Of a DNA stretch of 64,000 bases, positions 28,546-37,879 are shown in pieces. Position 1 is the stretch's first letter, and every line of letters begins with the position of its first letter. A program made the position numbers and the translations under genes. The notes beneath the pieces were generated by a model. That model was not told the origin of the DNA. It was given only the letters and a program-made list of their open reading frames with translations, and ran no database searches. Source of the stretch: Rickettsiales bacterium (GTDB taxonomy: Bacteria; Pseudomonadota; Alphaproteobacteria; Rickettsiales; UBA1997); contig JAGNLL010000001.1 of assembly GCA_017999675.1 (NCBI GenBank), positions 120,415 to 184,414 of the forward strand, in the 5' to 3' direction.

Positions 28546-28647
28546 TAGGTCCCCGAGCAAAGCACGCAGTGCGTCGTCGAGGGGTCCGAAGCGAGATTGG
28601 TCTTCGGGCCCCTCGACGACGCACTGCGTGCTTTGCTCGGGGACCTA
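28546..28647. repeat. Long palindrome (46-nt arms with one T:G position, 10-nt loop) between the GNAT gene and yihY
   Basis: taggtccccgagcaaagcacgcagtgcgtcgtcgaggggtccgaag / cgagattggt / reverse complement. Starts 9 nt after the GNAT stop. Confidence 0.9.
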
Positions 28648-28684
28648 TAAAATTCTCAAAAACTATTTCTTCTCCTGAAAAAAA

Positions 28685-29566
28685 ATGCCCCAACAAAAAC
28701 GCTCAAATCTTGAGTATAATTTCCACAAATACTGCATCCTACCTTTCAAAATCTTACGCCTTTCAATCGTCGACACCGTTAGGCAAGACGGCGTTGAGCA
28801 TGCCGGTTATTTGGCCTTTTTAAGCTTACTTTCGCTTTTTCCTTTTTTGATTTTTCTCATTTCAATAATCGGCTTTTTTGGCGCTTCTGAAATTGGCGCA
28901 AAATTTGTGCACACCATTTTAGCCTCCGCCCCAAAAGAAGTTGCCGACGCACTAAACCCGCGTATTGAAGAAATTATCTCAGGACCCCCACAAAGCTTTT
29001 TAACCCTCGCAATTTTTGGTGTAATTTGGACTGCGTCTTCATCGGTTGAAGGTTGCCGCACCATTTTAAATCGCGCCTACCGCGTGGCATTTCCACCGCC
29101 CTACTTGCTGCGCCGCTTCATCAGCATTTTAGAATTTTTTGTAATTATTTTTGCCGTGCTAATTGGAATTGTAGTTTTTGTGGTGGTACCAAGTTTTTTT
29201 GCAGAAATTGGCGGCAAGTTTTACTTCGATTTTAACTTTTTTTACCTGCGTTATTTGGCAATTTTTTTGCTACTTACCTGCACCACTTCGCTGCTTTATT
29301 TTGCTTTACCAAATGCCAAACAGCACATCACCCAAACCGTTCCCGGATCAATACTGGCAGTAGCTTTGTGGTTTTTTGTCGAAAATTTATTTTCTTTTTA
29401 CTTAAGCAATTTTCACCAGTTCAATTTGGTTTACGGATCGCTCGCCGGCATGATGATTTCGCTGATGTTTTTTTATTTAATCAGCCTGATTTTTATTTTA
29501 GGTGCCGAGTTCAACTATCATTTTCACCGTACATACAAAGTATTCTTGCGAGATAGCCACAGATGA
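28685..29566 (+). CDS. YihY/BrkB-family inner-membrane protein
   Basis: 293 aa with about 6 TM segments. GYLAFLSLLSLFPFLIFLISIIG is typical of the family. Confidence 0.85.
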   Translation: MPQQKRSNLEYNFHKYCILPFKILRLSIVDTVRQDGVEHAGYLAFLSLLSLFPFLIFLISIIGFFGASEIGAKFVHTILASAPKEVADALNPRIEEIISGPPQSFLTLAIFGVIWTASSSVEGCRTILNRAYRVAFPPPYLLRRFISILEFFVIIFAVLIGIVVFVVVPSFFAEIGGKFYFDFNFFYLRYLAIFLLLTCTTSLLYFALPNAKQHITQTVPGSILAVALWFFVENLFSFYLSNFHQFNLVYGSLAGMMISLMFFYLISLIFILGAEFNYHFHRTYKVFLRDSHR

Positions 29567-30948
29567 AATTTCCATTTTGGCCCGACCAAAAAGGCTACCG
29601 CGACATCGATTTGGGTTTGTCGCGCGTTTATCAATTGCTTGAAAGACTCGACAATCCGCACTTAAAACTTCCTCCCACAATTCACCTTGCAGGCACGAAC
29701 GGCAAGGGTTCAACTCTATCTTTTTTACGCAGCATTTTTGCAGAATCTGGCCTTTCAGTTCACACTTACACCTCGCCACATTTAGTAAATTTTAACGAAA
29801 GAATCACACTCGCAGGCGCTGAAATTTCTGACGATTTTTTAAATAAAGTTTTACGCGATTGCAAAAACGCCGCCGAAATTTCGCCAAAAATTGAGGTCAC
29901 TTATTTTGAAGGAATCACGGTTGCGGCATTTTTAGCATTTAGCCAAGTGAAGGCCGACGTGCTTTTGCTTGAGGTTGGAATGGGCGGCAGGCTTGATGCC
30001 ACCAATGTTTTGCCAAAAGTTTTGTGTTCAATAATCACGCCAATTGCTTTTGATCACACCGATTTTTTGGGCAACACTCTGGCAAAAATCGCTTTTGAAA
30101 AAGGCGGAATTATTAAAAAAAATTGTCCGACTTTGATTGGAAAACAAAAAGCTTCAGCGCTTAAAACCCTTGAAAATCAGGCTTGTACGGTGAACTCAGC
30201 ATTCAAAGTTTTTGACCGCGATTGGAAAATTAAAAAAGAAAAAAACGGATTTTTATTTGAAGGTTTTGGCAAAAAAATGTCGCTGCCATTACCTTCACTT
30301 TTGGGAGATCATCAACTTGAAAATGCCTCACTGGCAATTGCTGCGGCACTTTTGCAAAAGCAGTTTTTAATCAGCGAAAATCAGATAAAATCGGCCTTAC
30401 AAAAAACTTTTTGGGCAGCGCGTTTGCAAAAAATTGAGTCAGGAAAATTTGCAAAAATGCTACCAAAAAGCTGCAAACTTTACCTTGACGGCAGCCACAA
30501 TTTGCAAGGCGCTGCAACAATTTTGAGGTTTTTGAAAATTGAGAAATCCCGCAAAAAAGAGATCCTGAAACAAGTTCAGGATGACGACTCTCTAAACCGT
30601 CATCCTGAACTTGTTTCAGGATCTTTTGTGAAGCCTAAAAACAAAAAAATCTTCGTTATTTTTTCAATGCTCGAAGACAAAGATTGTGGCGGTTTTTTGA
30701 AAAAAATTGCGGCAGAAGTTGATCATTTATTTGCGCTAGCCATTCCAAACGAAACCAAGTCGCGCAAGGCCTTAGACATTAAACAAATTGCCGAGAAAAA
30801 CGGATTAAAAACAACAGCGGTAGAAAATTTTGACGAGGCTTTTGCAAAAATTTTGTCGCTTAGAAAAGCTGACGAGGAAGCTTTAATTTTAGTGTGTGGC
30901 TCACTTTATTTGGCGGGAAGTTTTCTTGCAGAAAACGCAACTATCTGA
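29563..30948 (+). CDS. folC: Folylpolyglutamate synthase / dihydrofolate synthase, carrying an in-frame palindromic insert
   Basis: 461 aa with the HLAGTNGKGS P-loop, LEVGMGGRLDATN, DGSHN and SMLEDKD motifs. ATGA overlap with yihY. Confidence 0.93.
   Translation: MKFPFWPDQKGYRDIDLGLSRVYQLLERLDNPHLKLPPTIHLAGTNGKGSTLSFLRSIFAESGLSVHTYTSPHLVNFNERITLAGAEISDDFLNKVLRDCKNAAEISPKIEVTYFEGITVAAFLAFSQVKADVLLLEVGMGGRLDATNVLPKVLCSIITPIAFDHTDFLGNTLAKIAFEKGGIIKKNCPTLIGKQKASALKTLENQACTVNSAFKVFDRDWKIKKEKNGFLFEGFGKKMSLPLPSLLGDHQLENASLAIAAALLQKQFLISENQIKSALQKTFWAARLQKIESGKFAKMLPKSCKLYLDGSHNLQGAATILRFLKIEKSRKKEILKQVQDDDSLNRHPELVSGSFVKPKNKKIFVIFSMLEDKDCGGFLKKIAAEVDHLFALAIPNETKSRKALDIKQIAEKNGLKTTAVENFDEAFAKILSLRKADEEALILVCGSLYLAGSFLAENATI
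30561..30623. repeat. 63-nt palindrome (26-nt perfect arms, 11-nt loop) inside the folC reading frame
   Basis: gatcctgaaacaagttcaggatgacg / actctctaaac / cgtcatcctgaacttgtttcaggatc is translated in frame as ILKQVQDDDSLNRHPELVSGS. Confidence 0.9.
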
Positions 30949-31357
30949 AGATGTAACTCATAAATTGAGTGATGCACAAAACATCAATCACCATTGTCAC
31001 CATCACAGGGTTCCACTCACCCACCGGCTCTTGCAGCAATAATTTTCTTAAGATTTTTTTGCCTAAATTTTTACGCGCTTCGCGTTTTAAAAATTGTTTT
31101 TCTTCTTTGCTAAGTTTTGGTTTTTTTGGTGAACATTTTCTTAAAACGTAAATGTGCCACACAAAATAAATTACGGCAAGCGACGACAGCACAACGTCAA
31201 AGACGCGATTATCCACCGACATTACGGCGCGGTCGATAATGAAAAAACTCACCAAAAACGCGATTATTCCCCACCATTTAATGAGGGTTGAGGTGGACTC
31301 TTCACCCTTCATTGCGGCTTTAAAAGAGGTTTCAATTTTGTTAAAAAGGCCGCTCAT
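30941..31357 (-). CDS. Hypothetical membrane protein
   Basis: 138 aa with 3-4 hydrophobic segments and a Lys-rich loop. No recognisable family. Confidence 0.5.
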   Translation of the reverse strand: MSGLFNKIETSFKAAMKGEESTSTLIKWWGIIAFLVSFFIIDRAVMSVDNRVFDVVLSSLAVIYFVWHIYVLRKCSPKKPKLSKEEKQFLKREARKNLGKKILRKLLLQEPVGEWNPVMVTMVIDVLCITQFMSYIFR

Positions 31358-31375
31358 AAATTTTTTTAAGTTTGT

Positions 31376-31969
31376 TTAGTTTTTATCTTTTGAAAGAGCG
31401 TATTGCGTGCCTTCCCAAGGCATTTCGAAATCGAAATTACGAAATTCTTGCATCAGTTTTACTGGTTCGTAGATGACCTTTTTTTGCTCTTCGCAGTAGC
31501 GAACTTCTTTGTAGCCAGTGAGTGGAAAATCTTTGCGAAGTGGGTGACCTTCAAAACCGTAGTCAGTTAAAATGCGGCGTAAATCTGGGTGACCACTAAA
31601 CACAATGCCGTACATGTCGAAAGCTTCGCGCTCAAACCAACCAGCAGCACTAAATGCTGGAATGGCGGTGGCAACTTCTTCACCTTCGTTAAGCGCAACT
31701 TTGATGGTGATGCGGTTATTTAGCTTAAAGCTTAAAAGATTGTAAATCACTTCAAAGCGCGGCTCTCTAATGCCCAGAAGATCGGCACCGAAAACATCGA
31801 GCAAAGTTTTGAAAGAAAGATTTTTGTCGTCGCGCAAAAATGTTAAAAATTCGACGATTTTTTTTGGCTCAATGTAAATGATCAGATTGTCATGCGCGAT
31901 TGGCTCAACCACGTTTGCGCCGGCAAAATTTTCTTTAATATAATTGGCTTGCTCTTGAAGGTTTTTCAT
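31376..31969 (-). CDS. nuoC: NADH-quinone oxidoreductase subunit C
   Basis: 197 aa with the ERE.FDM.GI.F.GHPDLRRIL pattern. Confidence 0.95.
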   Translation of the reverse strand: MKNLQEQANYIKENFAGANVVEPIAHDNLIIYIEPKKIVEFLTFLRDDKNLSFKTLLDVFGADLLGIREPRFEVIYNLLSFKLNNRITIKVALNEGEEVATAIPAFSAAGWFEREAFDMYGIVFSGHPDLRRILTDYGFEGHPLRKDFPLTGYKEVRYCEEQKKVIYEPVKLMQEFRNFDFEMPWEGTQYALSKDKN

Positions 31970-31972
31970 TTT

Positions 31973-32506
31973 TTAGCGTTTAAATTTTCCAGTTCTTTTG
32001 ATTTTTCTTTGTAGCAACAACACGCCGTAAAGCAGTGCTTCTGCGGTTGGTGGGCATCCCGGAACGTAAACATCAACCGGAACGATGCGGTCGCATCCTC
32101 TAACCACTGAGTAAGAATAGTGGTAGTAGCCGCCGCCATTGGCGCAGCTTCCCATTGAAATTACGTAGCGTGGTTCGGCCATTTGATCGTAAACTTTACG
32201 CAGTGCCGGCGCCATTTTATTGGTTAGGGTGCCGGCCACAATCATTACGTCTGATTGGCGTGGGCTGGGGCGAAAGATCACACCAAAACGGTCAAGATCG
32301 TAGCGACTTGCCGCCACTTGCATCATTTCAACGGCGCAACAGGCAAGACCAAAAGTCATTGGCCATAAAGAACCGGTGCGCGCCCAGTTGACAAGGTCGT
32401 CCACCTTCGCGGTGACGAAGCCGCGATTGTTCATTTCTTCGGTGGTTTGATTAAGAATAGCGTCTTGATTTAGCGGGCTAAGATTTTGCATTTTTTTTAT
32501 TTCCAT
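31973..32506 (-). CDS. nuoB: NADH-quinone oxidoreductase subunit B
   Basis: 177 aa with [20 protein letters not shown] and GCPP Fe-S ligand motifs. Confidence 0.97.
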   Translation of the reverse strand: MEIKKMQNLSPLNQDAILNQTTEEMNNRGFVTAKVDDLVNWARTGSLWPMTFGLACCAVEMMQVAASRYDLDRFGVIFRPSPRQSDVMIVAGTLTNKMAPALRKVYDQMAEPRYVISMGSCANGGGYYHYSYSVVRGCDRIVPVDVYVPGCPPTAEALLYGVLLLQRKIKRTGKFKR

Positions 32507-32913
32507 TCAAGTGCGCCGCGCTTCCATTCGTAAATGAAGCCGACTGTTAAAAGTGTTAAGAAACTCATCATTGACCAAAAACCAAACACGCCAATTTTGC
32601 CCAAAGAAACTGCCCAAGGAAAAAGAAAGGCAACTTCTAAATCGAAAATAATAAACAAAATTGCCACCAAATAAAACTGCACGTCAAACTCGTTGCGCAC
32701 TTTGCCCTCACCCTCAAAACCGCATTCGTAGGGGGAGAGTTTTTCGCGATCTGATGTGTGTCTTTTGTTGAGTAAAAATGGAATCACCATGATGGCGCAT
32801 GACAGGCCAATTGCCACTGCCAAAAATAATAAAATTGGAAAATATTGAGACGACACAAGCTCAGGTGTTGCAACAACCTGCGCTACTTGCGTTAGTGTTT
32901 GAGAAGAGTCCAT
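32497..32913 (-). CDS. nuoA: NADH-quinone oxidoreductase subunit A
   Basis: Start taken at the ATG at 32911-32913. Carries the SPYECGF motif and 3 TM segments. Confidence 0.93.
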   Translation of the reverse strand: MDSSQTLTQVAQVVATPELVSSQYFPILLFLAVAIGLSCAIMVIPFLLNKRHTSDREKLSPYECGFEGEGKVRNEFDVQFYLVAILFIIFDLEVAFLFPWAVSLGKIGVFGFWSMMSFLTLLTVGFIYEWKRGALEWK

Positions 32914-33000
32914 TTTGTTGATTGAAATTAAGGAATTGGCGGGAAATAGTTGTGGGCAGAAAATATTTCCCGCATGCAACAAAATCAATTTAAAAAACTT

Positions 33001-33870
33001 ATGATCGCAGAAACTTTCACGGCTTTGGTCACGCCTTTTAAAAATAACAAAATTGACGAAAAATCTTTAGAAAAATTAGTTGAGTTTCAAATTGCTGGTG
33101 GCGTTTCAGGAATTGTTCCTTGCGGCACAACTGGCGAGTCTCCAACCCTGTCACACGAAGAACATAATTTAGTGATTGAGCTTTGCGTAAAAATTGCAAA
33201 TGGCCGCGTAAAAATTATGGCAGGCACCGGTTCTAACTCAACTGACGAAGCGGTGACAATGACTGCTCACGCTAAAAAAGTTGGCGCTGACTCTTGTTTG
33301 ATTGTGGCTCCTTACTACAACAAACCAACCGCTGAAGGAATTTATCAGCACTACAAAGCCTTGAACGAATGCGGCATTCCGCTTTTTGTTTACAATGTTC
33401 CGGGACGCTCAGTTATTAATATTTCTGACCAAAATTTGGCACGCCTTGCCGAGTTAGAAAATGTTGTCGGCATTAAAGATGCCACGGGAGATCTTGCCAG
33501 ACTTGCCACCATGCGTTTGGTAATTAATAAAAAATTCTCTTACCTTTCTGGCGAAGACGTCACCGCAGTTGGCTACAATGCAATGGGCGGCAATGGTGTA
33601 ATTTCTGTGACATCAAACATCGCGCCAAAATTGGTCAGCGATTTGCAACGAGCTACCGAGAAAGGCGATTACGCAACTGCATTAAAAATTCAGGATCAAC
33701 TAACTGCACTGCACGACGTAATGTTTTGCGAAACCAACCCAATTCCAGTAAAATATGCTGCAAGTTTAATGGGTCTTTGCAGCGCCGAAACTCGCTTGCC
33801 GCTTGTGACGCCTTCTGATGGCGCTAAGGTTAAAATTGAAAATGAGATAAGAAAGTTAGGATTAATATAA
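33001..33870 (+). CDS. dapA: 4-hydroxy-tetrahydrodipicolinate synthase
   Basis: ALVTPF, GTTGES and YNVPGR motifs. Start at ATG 33001; an ATG at 32974 is also possible. Confidence 0.95.
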   Translation: MIAETFTALVTPFKNNKIDEKSLEKLVEFQIAGGVSGIVPCGTTGESPTLSHEEHNLVIELCVKIANGRVKIMAGTGSNSTDEAVTMTAHAKKVGADSCLIVAPYYNKPTAEGIYQHYKALNECGIPLFVYNVPGRSVINISDQNLARLAELENVVGIKDATGDLARLATMRLVINKKFSYLSGEDVTAVGYNAMGGNGVISVTSNIAPKLVSDLQRATEKGDYATALKIQDQLTALHDVMFCETNPIPVKYAASLMGLCSAETRLPLVTPSDGAKVKIENEIRKLGLI

Positions 33871-33875
33871 AAAAA

Positions 33876-33912
33876 GGCTCCACAAGCATTGCTTGTGGAG
33901 CCTTTTCTTTTT
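33876..33912 (+). terminator. Rho-independent terminator after dapA (A-run upstream, so possibly bidirectional for the convergent ankyrin gene)
   Basis: ggctccacaagc att gcttgtggagcc (12-bp perfect stem) followed by ttttcttttt. Confidence 0.75.
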
Positions 33913-33926
33913 GAAGAATCGAAAAA

Positions 33927-35051
33927 TTATCCAACCATCACACCCAATCTCTTCAAGGCACTCGCCAACTCTGCCGAGCCATTTTCATCAACAAAATCCA
34001 CCAATTTTTTCTCCACCTTTTTAAACAAACCAAAAGGCTGGGTAAGTGACAAAATTCCGTAGGCATTAAACGCAACACCATCTTCTAAAATAATTTCCAT
34101 CTCACCTAAATTGGTGGCATTAAATTGCTTCACACCAGCAATTAAACTAGATGTCTCCTTATCAAGACCAGCACCCGAAAAAAGACTAGCCTTAACTTTT
34201 TGATATTTTTTGATCTGCTTTACCACATCTTCACACTTATTTTCTTGCGCAATTTTTAGCGCATCATTCCATTTATCAGCACCGTAATTCATTAGCAGCA
34301 CAACCATTTCAGACAAATTATTTTTTGCCGCAAATTCAAGCGCTGTTAAGCCAAAATCCGCTTCTCTTTCTTTGTCAATTTTGGCGTTAAGCAAAGCAAT
34401 TGCCACGTCGACAAAATTACCAATTACAGCGTAGTGTAAAGCTGTCATTTTGTGATTTTCAGCGATGGTTTGAGCATTTTTATCAGCACCAAGTGAAAGC
34501 ATAAATTCTACAACTTTTACGTGACCAAATTCAGCACCAACAACAAGTGGTGTCAGGCCAAATCCAGTTTTGGCTTCTTTGCTAACTCCAGCTTTAATCA
34601 AAGCATCAATCACCTCAACGTGACCAAATTGCGCCGCGTAGTGAATTGGCGTCCATCTGCGTTTTTTTTCTGAGGCTTGCGCATTTACGTCGGCACCAGC
34701 CGCAATTAAAACTTGATCCACAGCAATACTTCCGTTTGTTGCAGCAAAATGTAGCGGCGTAAAACCATCGTCGTTTTTTACATTAACATATTGGTCATTT
34801 TTGGCTTCGTTTAAAATTTTCTTAACAACTAGCTCGTCACCAAATTTTGCCGCCAAATGCAAAACGCAATTTTGACTAGTGCCAAATCTTGCATCTAACG
34901 CTCTCGACTTTTCCTCTCCGCTTTGCATTGCAACAATTTCATCAACAAAATCAGAAATTAATTTTCTAGCCTCTGTAATTTCTTCAACAGAAATTCTTGC
35001 CAAAATTCTGTCAGAATTTCTATCCAAAAAGTTTTTTTGCTCTTGTTGCAT
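33927..35051 (-). CDS. Ankyrin-repeat protein
   Basis: 374 aa with at least 6 clear ANK units (e.g. DGFTPLHFAATNGSIAVDQVLIAAGADVNA, RWTPIHYAAQFGHVEVIDALIKAGV). Confidence 0.88.
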   Translation of the reverse strand: MQQEQKNFLDRNSDRILARISVEEITEARKLISDFVDEIVAMQSGEEKSRALDARFGTSQNCVLHLAAKFGDELVVKKILNEAKNDQYVNVKNDDGFTPLHFAATNGSIAVDQVLIAAGADVNAQASEKKRRWTPIHYAAQFGHVEVIDALIKAGVSKEAKTGFGLTPLVVGAEFGHVKVVEFMLSLGADKNAQTIAENHKMTALHYAVIGNFVDVAIALLNAKIDKEREADFGLTALEFAAKNNLSEMVVLLMNYGADKWNDALKIAQENKCEDVVKQIKKYQKVKASLFSGAGLDKETSSLIAGVKQFNATNLGEMEIILEDGVAFNAYGILSLTQPFGLFKKVEKKLVDFVDENGSAELASALKRLGVMVG

Positions 35052-35068
35052 TTTTTTATTTTGTTAAA

Positions 35069-35602
35069 TTAACGACCACGAGAATGTTGCCTTCCAGCCT
35101 CACGCTCTTTGGCTTCGATCATACTTGCCCAAAAACCTTTATCGCCACGCTTGTTTAAAACTTGAGCTGATTGAATTAAGTACGTCAATTTTTGACCCAA
35201 AATCATCGAAGTCCAAAAGCCAACTGGCTTCACGATATCAACAATGTTTATTTGGTTCATTTCTTGCTTGTCAAACTCTTGCTGGTTTGACGAAATTATC
35301 TCGTAGCTACCACTTTCTTTTTGACCACCTTTTGCCTGCAATTCGGCTTTTACAGCAGAATGTGCGCGCGGAATTTCTGCTTTTTTTCGCATTAATTCTT
35401 CGTCTTCTTTGTCGAATTTTTTCTTCTTCAAAAAAAGCAATTTTTTACTAGTTTTTTTGAGAGCTAAATAACGCTTGTAGGCCTGATTTAGAAGAAACGT
35501 CAGAACAATCCGCGTAATTACAATCAGCAAAAAAACCACTACAAAAATTGCCAATAAAATTGGCAAAGCGTTTTGCAGGTTTGTTAAAAATGCTGAATTC
35601 AC
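35069..35602 (-). CDS. Hypothetical membrane-anchored protein
   Basis: 177 aa with one N-terminal TM segment (LPILLAIFVVVFLLIVITRIVL) and a charged remainder. 4-nt overlap with the upstream IalB-like gene. Confidence 0.5.
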   Translation of the reverse strand: MNSAFLTNLQNALPILLAIFVVVFLLIVITRIVLTFLLNQAYKRYLALKKTSKKLLFLKKKKFDKEDEELMRKKAEIPRAHSAVKAELQAKGGQKESGSYEIISSNQQEFDKQEMNQINIVDIVKPVGFWTSMILGQKLTYLIQSAQVLNKRGDKGFWASMIEAKEREAGRQHSRGR

Positions 35603-36096
35603 TGGGCGTCCTCACAAACTTGTTTCATCTTGCCGTAAGCCTGCACAAAGCCAACTAGCGAGTAAGTGTCGGTAGAAATTTTACCGTCAAACGCAACGCC
35701 GCTAATAATCATGTCGTCGTGTTTTTGCATTTCTTTAATCACATCAATGTCGTCATTTTTATCATTGGCCCAAGCAATGGCTTTGTAAGGAAACAGGTAG
35801 AATTTTCGCGATCCAAACGAAACCTCTACGTTAGAGTTTTTGTTGTAAATAAAGCCTGAAGAAGCGCTGATTTCGTCGGCGTCATTTTCAATATTTGTCA
35901 CTAAAAAAAATGATTCGCCTCTTTTGTCGTAATTACCGTCGCGCTTGATGGGAGTAGAAGCCAAATAGCAAACTGTTCTGTCACCGCGTTCAGTTTTAAA
36001 AACATTCCAATCTTGAAACTTTCCTTGCAGCTCTTGCGCTGAGGCGCTGCCAACGCAAAAAATTGCAACCAGCATTAGATGTTTTGTGAATTTCAT
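35599..36096 (-). CDS. Invasion-associated locus B (IalB)-family periplasmic protein
   Basis: Start taken at the ATG at 36094-36096 with a signal peptide (MKFTKHLMLVAIFCVGSASA). QDWNVFK...RTVCYLAS resembles IalB-family proteins. Confidence 0.7.
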   Translation of the reverse strand: MKFTKHLMLVAIFCVGSASAQELQGKFQDWNVFKTERGDRTVCYLASTPIKRDGNYDKRGESFFLVTNIENDADEISASSGFIYNKNSNVEVSFGSRKFYLFPYKAIAWANDKNDDIDVIKEMQKHDDMIISGVAFDGKISTDTYSLVGFVQAYGKMKQVCEDAQ

Positions 36097-36238
36097 AACT
36101 TGACTTTTTGGACCCGAAAAATATTTTGCCCGTCTCTTTTGCAAAGCCTTGATAATAAAGCTTCCACGTGGGTTTTTAAGATTGCCTCAACACCCGCAAG
36201 ATCGCGAAGAATTTTTAAAAAATCCAACAAATTTTCCA

Positions 36239-36988
36239 ATGTCCGACCAGTCTCACGAAAAACACAATCCTTTGTCGCAATTTGAAGTGCACAAAATTTT
36301 TGATCTGCAAGTTGCCGGCTTCGACATTAGCTTCACCAACTCTGCACTTTACATGGTTTTGGCAACCGTTTTCGCAATTGCCTTCATGCTTTTTGCTACC
36401 AGAAAAAAATCGCTAATCCCTTCAAAAATTCAGATTGTTGCTGAATCTATTTACAGCTTCGTGCACGACATGGTTAAAGGTTCAGTTGGCGAAGAAGGCG
36501 AAAAATTCTTCCCTCTAGTTTTTTCACTTTTCACTTTCGTTTTGCTTTGCAACCTGTTGGGCCTTACTCCCTACAGCTTCACCTCAACTAGCCAAATCAT
36601 CGTCACTTTCACTTTGGCCTCAATTGCCTTTTTAATTGTCACCGCTTTTGCCATTTACAGAAATGGTCTTGGTGGCTTTCTTCACATGTTTTTGCCAAGC
36701 GGTGTGCCTTTAGCTATGGCTCCAGCAATTTTTGTAATTGAGCTTTTTTCATTTTTAATTCGCCCAGTCACATTGTCGGTTCGTCTTTTTGCCAACATGG
36801 TTGCAGGTCACGTTTTGCTTAAAGTTGTGGCTGGTTTCATCATTTCTTTGGGCGTTATTTTTGGCACTTTGCCTTTCGTTTTCAGCATCATCATGACTGG
36901 CTTTGAGCTTTTCGTTGCAGTGCTTCAGGCTTACATTTTTGCAATTTTGGTTTGCGCTTATTTGGGCGACGCCACTAAAGAACACTAA
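36239..36988 (+). CDS. atpB: F0F1 ATP synthase subunit a
   Basis: Start taken at ATG 36239. Carries the conserved LSVRLFANM..GH motif and 5-6 TM segments. Confidence 0.95.
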   Translation: MSDQSHEKHNPLSQFEVHKIFDLQVAGFDISFTNSALYMVLATVFAIAFMLFATRKKSLIPSKIQIVAESIYSFVHDMVKGSVGEEGEKFFPLVFSLFTFVLLCNLLGLTPYSFTSTSQIIVTFTLASIAFLIVTAFAIYRNGLGGFLHMFLPSGVPLAMAPAIFVIELFSFLIRPVTLSVRLFANMVAGHVLLKVVAGFIISLGVIFGTLPFVFSIIMTGFELFVAVLQAYIFAILVCAYLGDATKEH

Positions 36989-37073
36989 GAATTTGGCTAA
37001 AGTTCGCGGCTAAATGCACTACTCCCGATCAATGGGTTAGCGAACATTTCTTTAACTAAAAAATAGGTAAAAC

Positions 37074-37361
37074 ATGGTAGATCCAGTAGCAACAGTAGAA
37101 GTAGCAAAAGCAGCAGCAGACGTAGCAACAGCTGCAGTAAGTCAATTTGAAGCCTTCAAATACATCGGCGTTGGTCTTTGCTCTCTAGGCATGGCTGGTG
37201 CAGCTCTTGCAATTGGCAACATCTTCGGCGCTTTCTTTAACAGCATCGCAAGAAATCCATCTGCAGCTCCAAAACTTGAAAAATACATTTACATCGCTGC
37301 TGGTCTTGCAGAAGCAATGGGAATCTTCGCCGTACTTTTGGCGTTCTTGATCATGAACTAA
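37074..37361 (+). CDS. atpE: F0F1 ATP synthase subunit c (with about 20-aa N-terminal extension)
   Basis: GLCSLGMAGAALAIGNIFG...ARNPSAA...AGLAEAMGIF, with the essential Glu present. Confidence 0.93.
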   Translation: MVDPVATVEVAKAAADVATAAVSQFEAFKYIGVGLCSLGMAGAALAIGNIFGAFFNSIARNPSAAPKLEKYIYIAAGLAEAMGIFAVLLAFLIMN

Positions 37362-37433
37362 ACGAATAAAACAAATTGTCGGAGGCCTTAAAACCTCCGA
37401 CTTCTTTTTTGATAAAAAAATCTCTCTTCCAAC

Positions 37434-37865
37434 ATGCCTCAATTAGATACCACTCAATACAGCTCACAACTTTTCTGGTTTTTGCTTTGCTTCGCAGTGC
37501 TCTACATCTTCGCCAGCCGCATTATTTTGCCAAGAATTCGCAACATTTTAAGCGAGCGCAAAAACGTAATTGATGCTGATTTATCAAGCGCCGCAAACCT
37601 TGATGACAAACTTTACGCCCTTCAAAACAAAACTGACGCTTTAAGAAAAGACGCCAGCCAAAAATATCAAACCAAGCTTGAAGAAGTAGCCAAAGACGCC
37701 GCTTCTAAAAGAGAAAAGATGCTTTCTGAATTGAAGGAAAAAATTGAACAAATCACCGAAAAATCGCGCAGCGAACTAAAAGATTTTATCGCAAAATCTC
37801 GCGCTGAAAGCGACGTGGCAATCAAAAACCTGTCACAAAAAATCAAAGAAAAATTATTCAATTAA
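37434..37865 (+). CDS. F0F1 ATP synthase subunit b-prime
   Basis: 143 aa with an N-terminal TM segment then a long charged helix. Sits between atpE and atpF, as in alphaproteobacterial F0 operons. Confidence 0.8.
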   Translation: MPQLDTTQYSSQLFWFLLCFAVLYIFASRIILPRIRNILSERKNVIDADLSSAANLDDKLYALQNKTDALRKDASQKYQTKLEEVAKDAASKREKMLSELKEKIEQITEKSRSELKDFIAKSRAESDVAIKNLSQKIKEKLFN

Positions 37866-37879
37866 AAACGAGATTTCAC

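Noticed and set aside
28569-28823. 84-aa ORF starting inside the 28.5-kb palindrome
   Set aside because: It starts within the repeat arm, has Arg-rich junk composition and overlaps the well-supported yihY start region.
32950-33000. 5' extensions of several track ORFs: dapA here, plus nuoA to 32988, atpB from 36149, argB to 13406, argG to 28054, IalB-like to 36144, higA to 51764, yceI from 40975 and bioD to 14110
   Set aside because: In each case an internal ATG aligns with the conserved family N-terminus. The extension overlaps a neighbouring gene or lacks similarity, so the shorter coordinates are reported.
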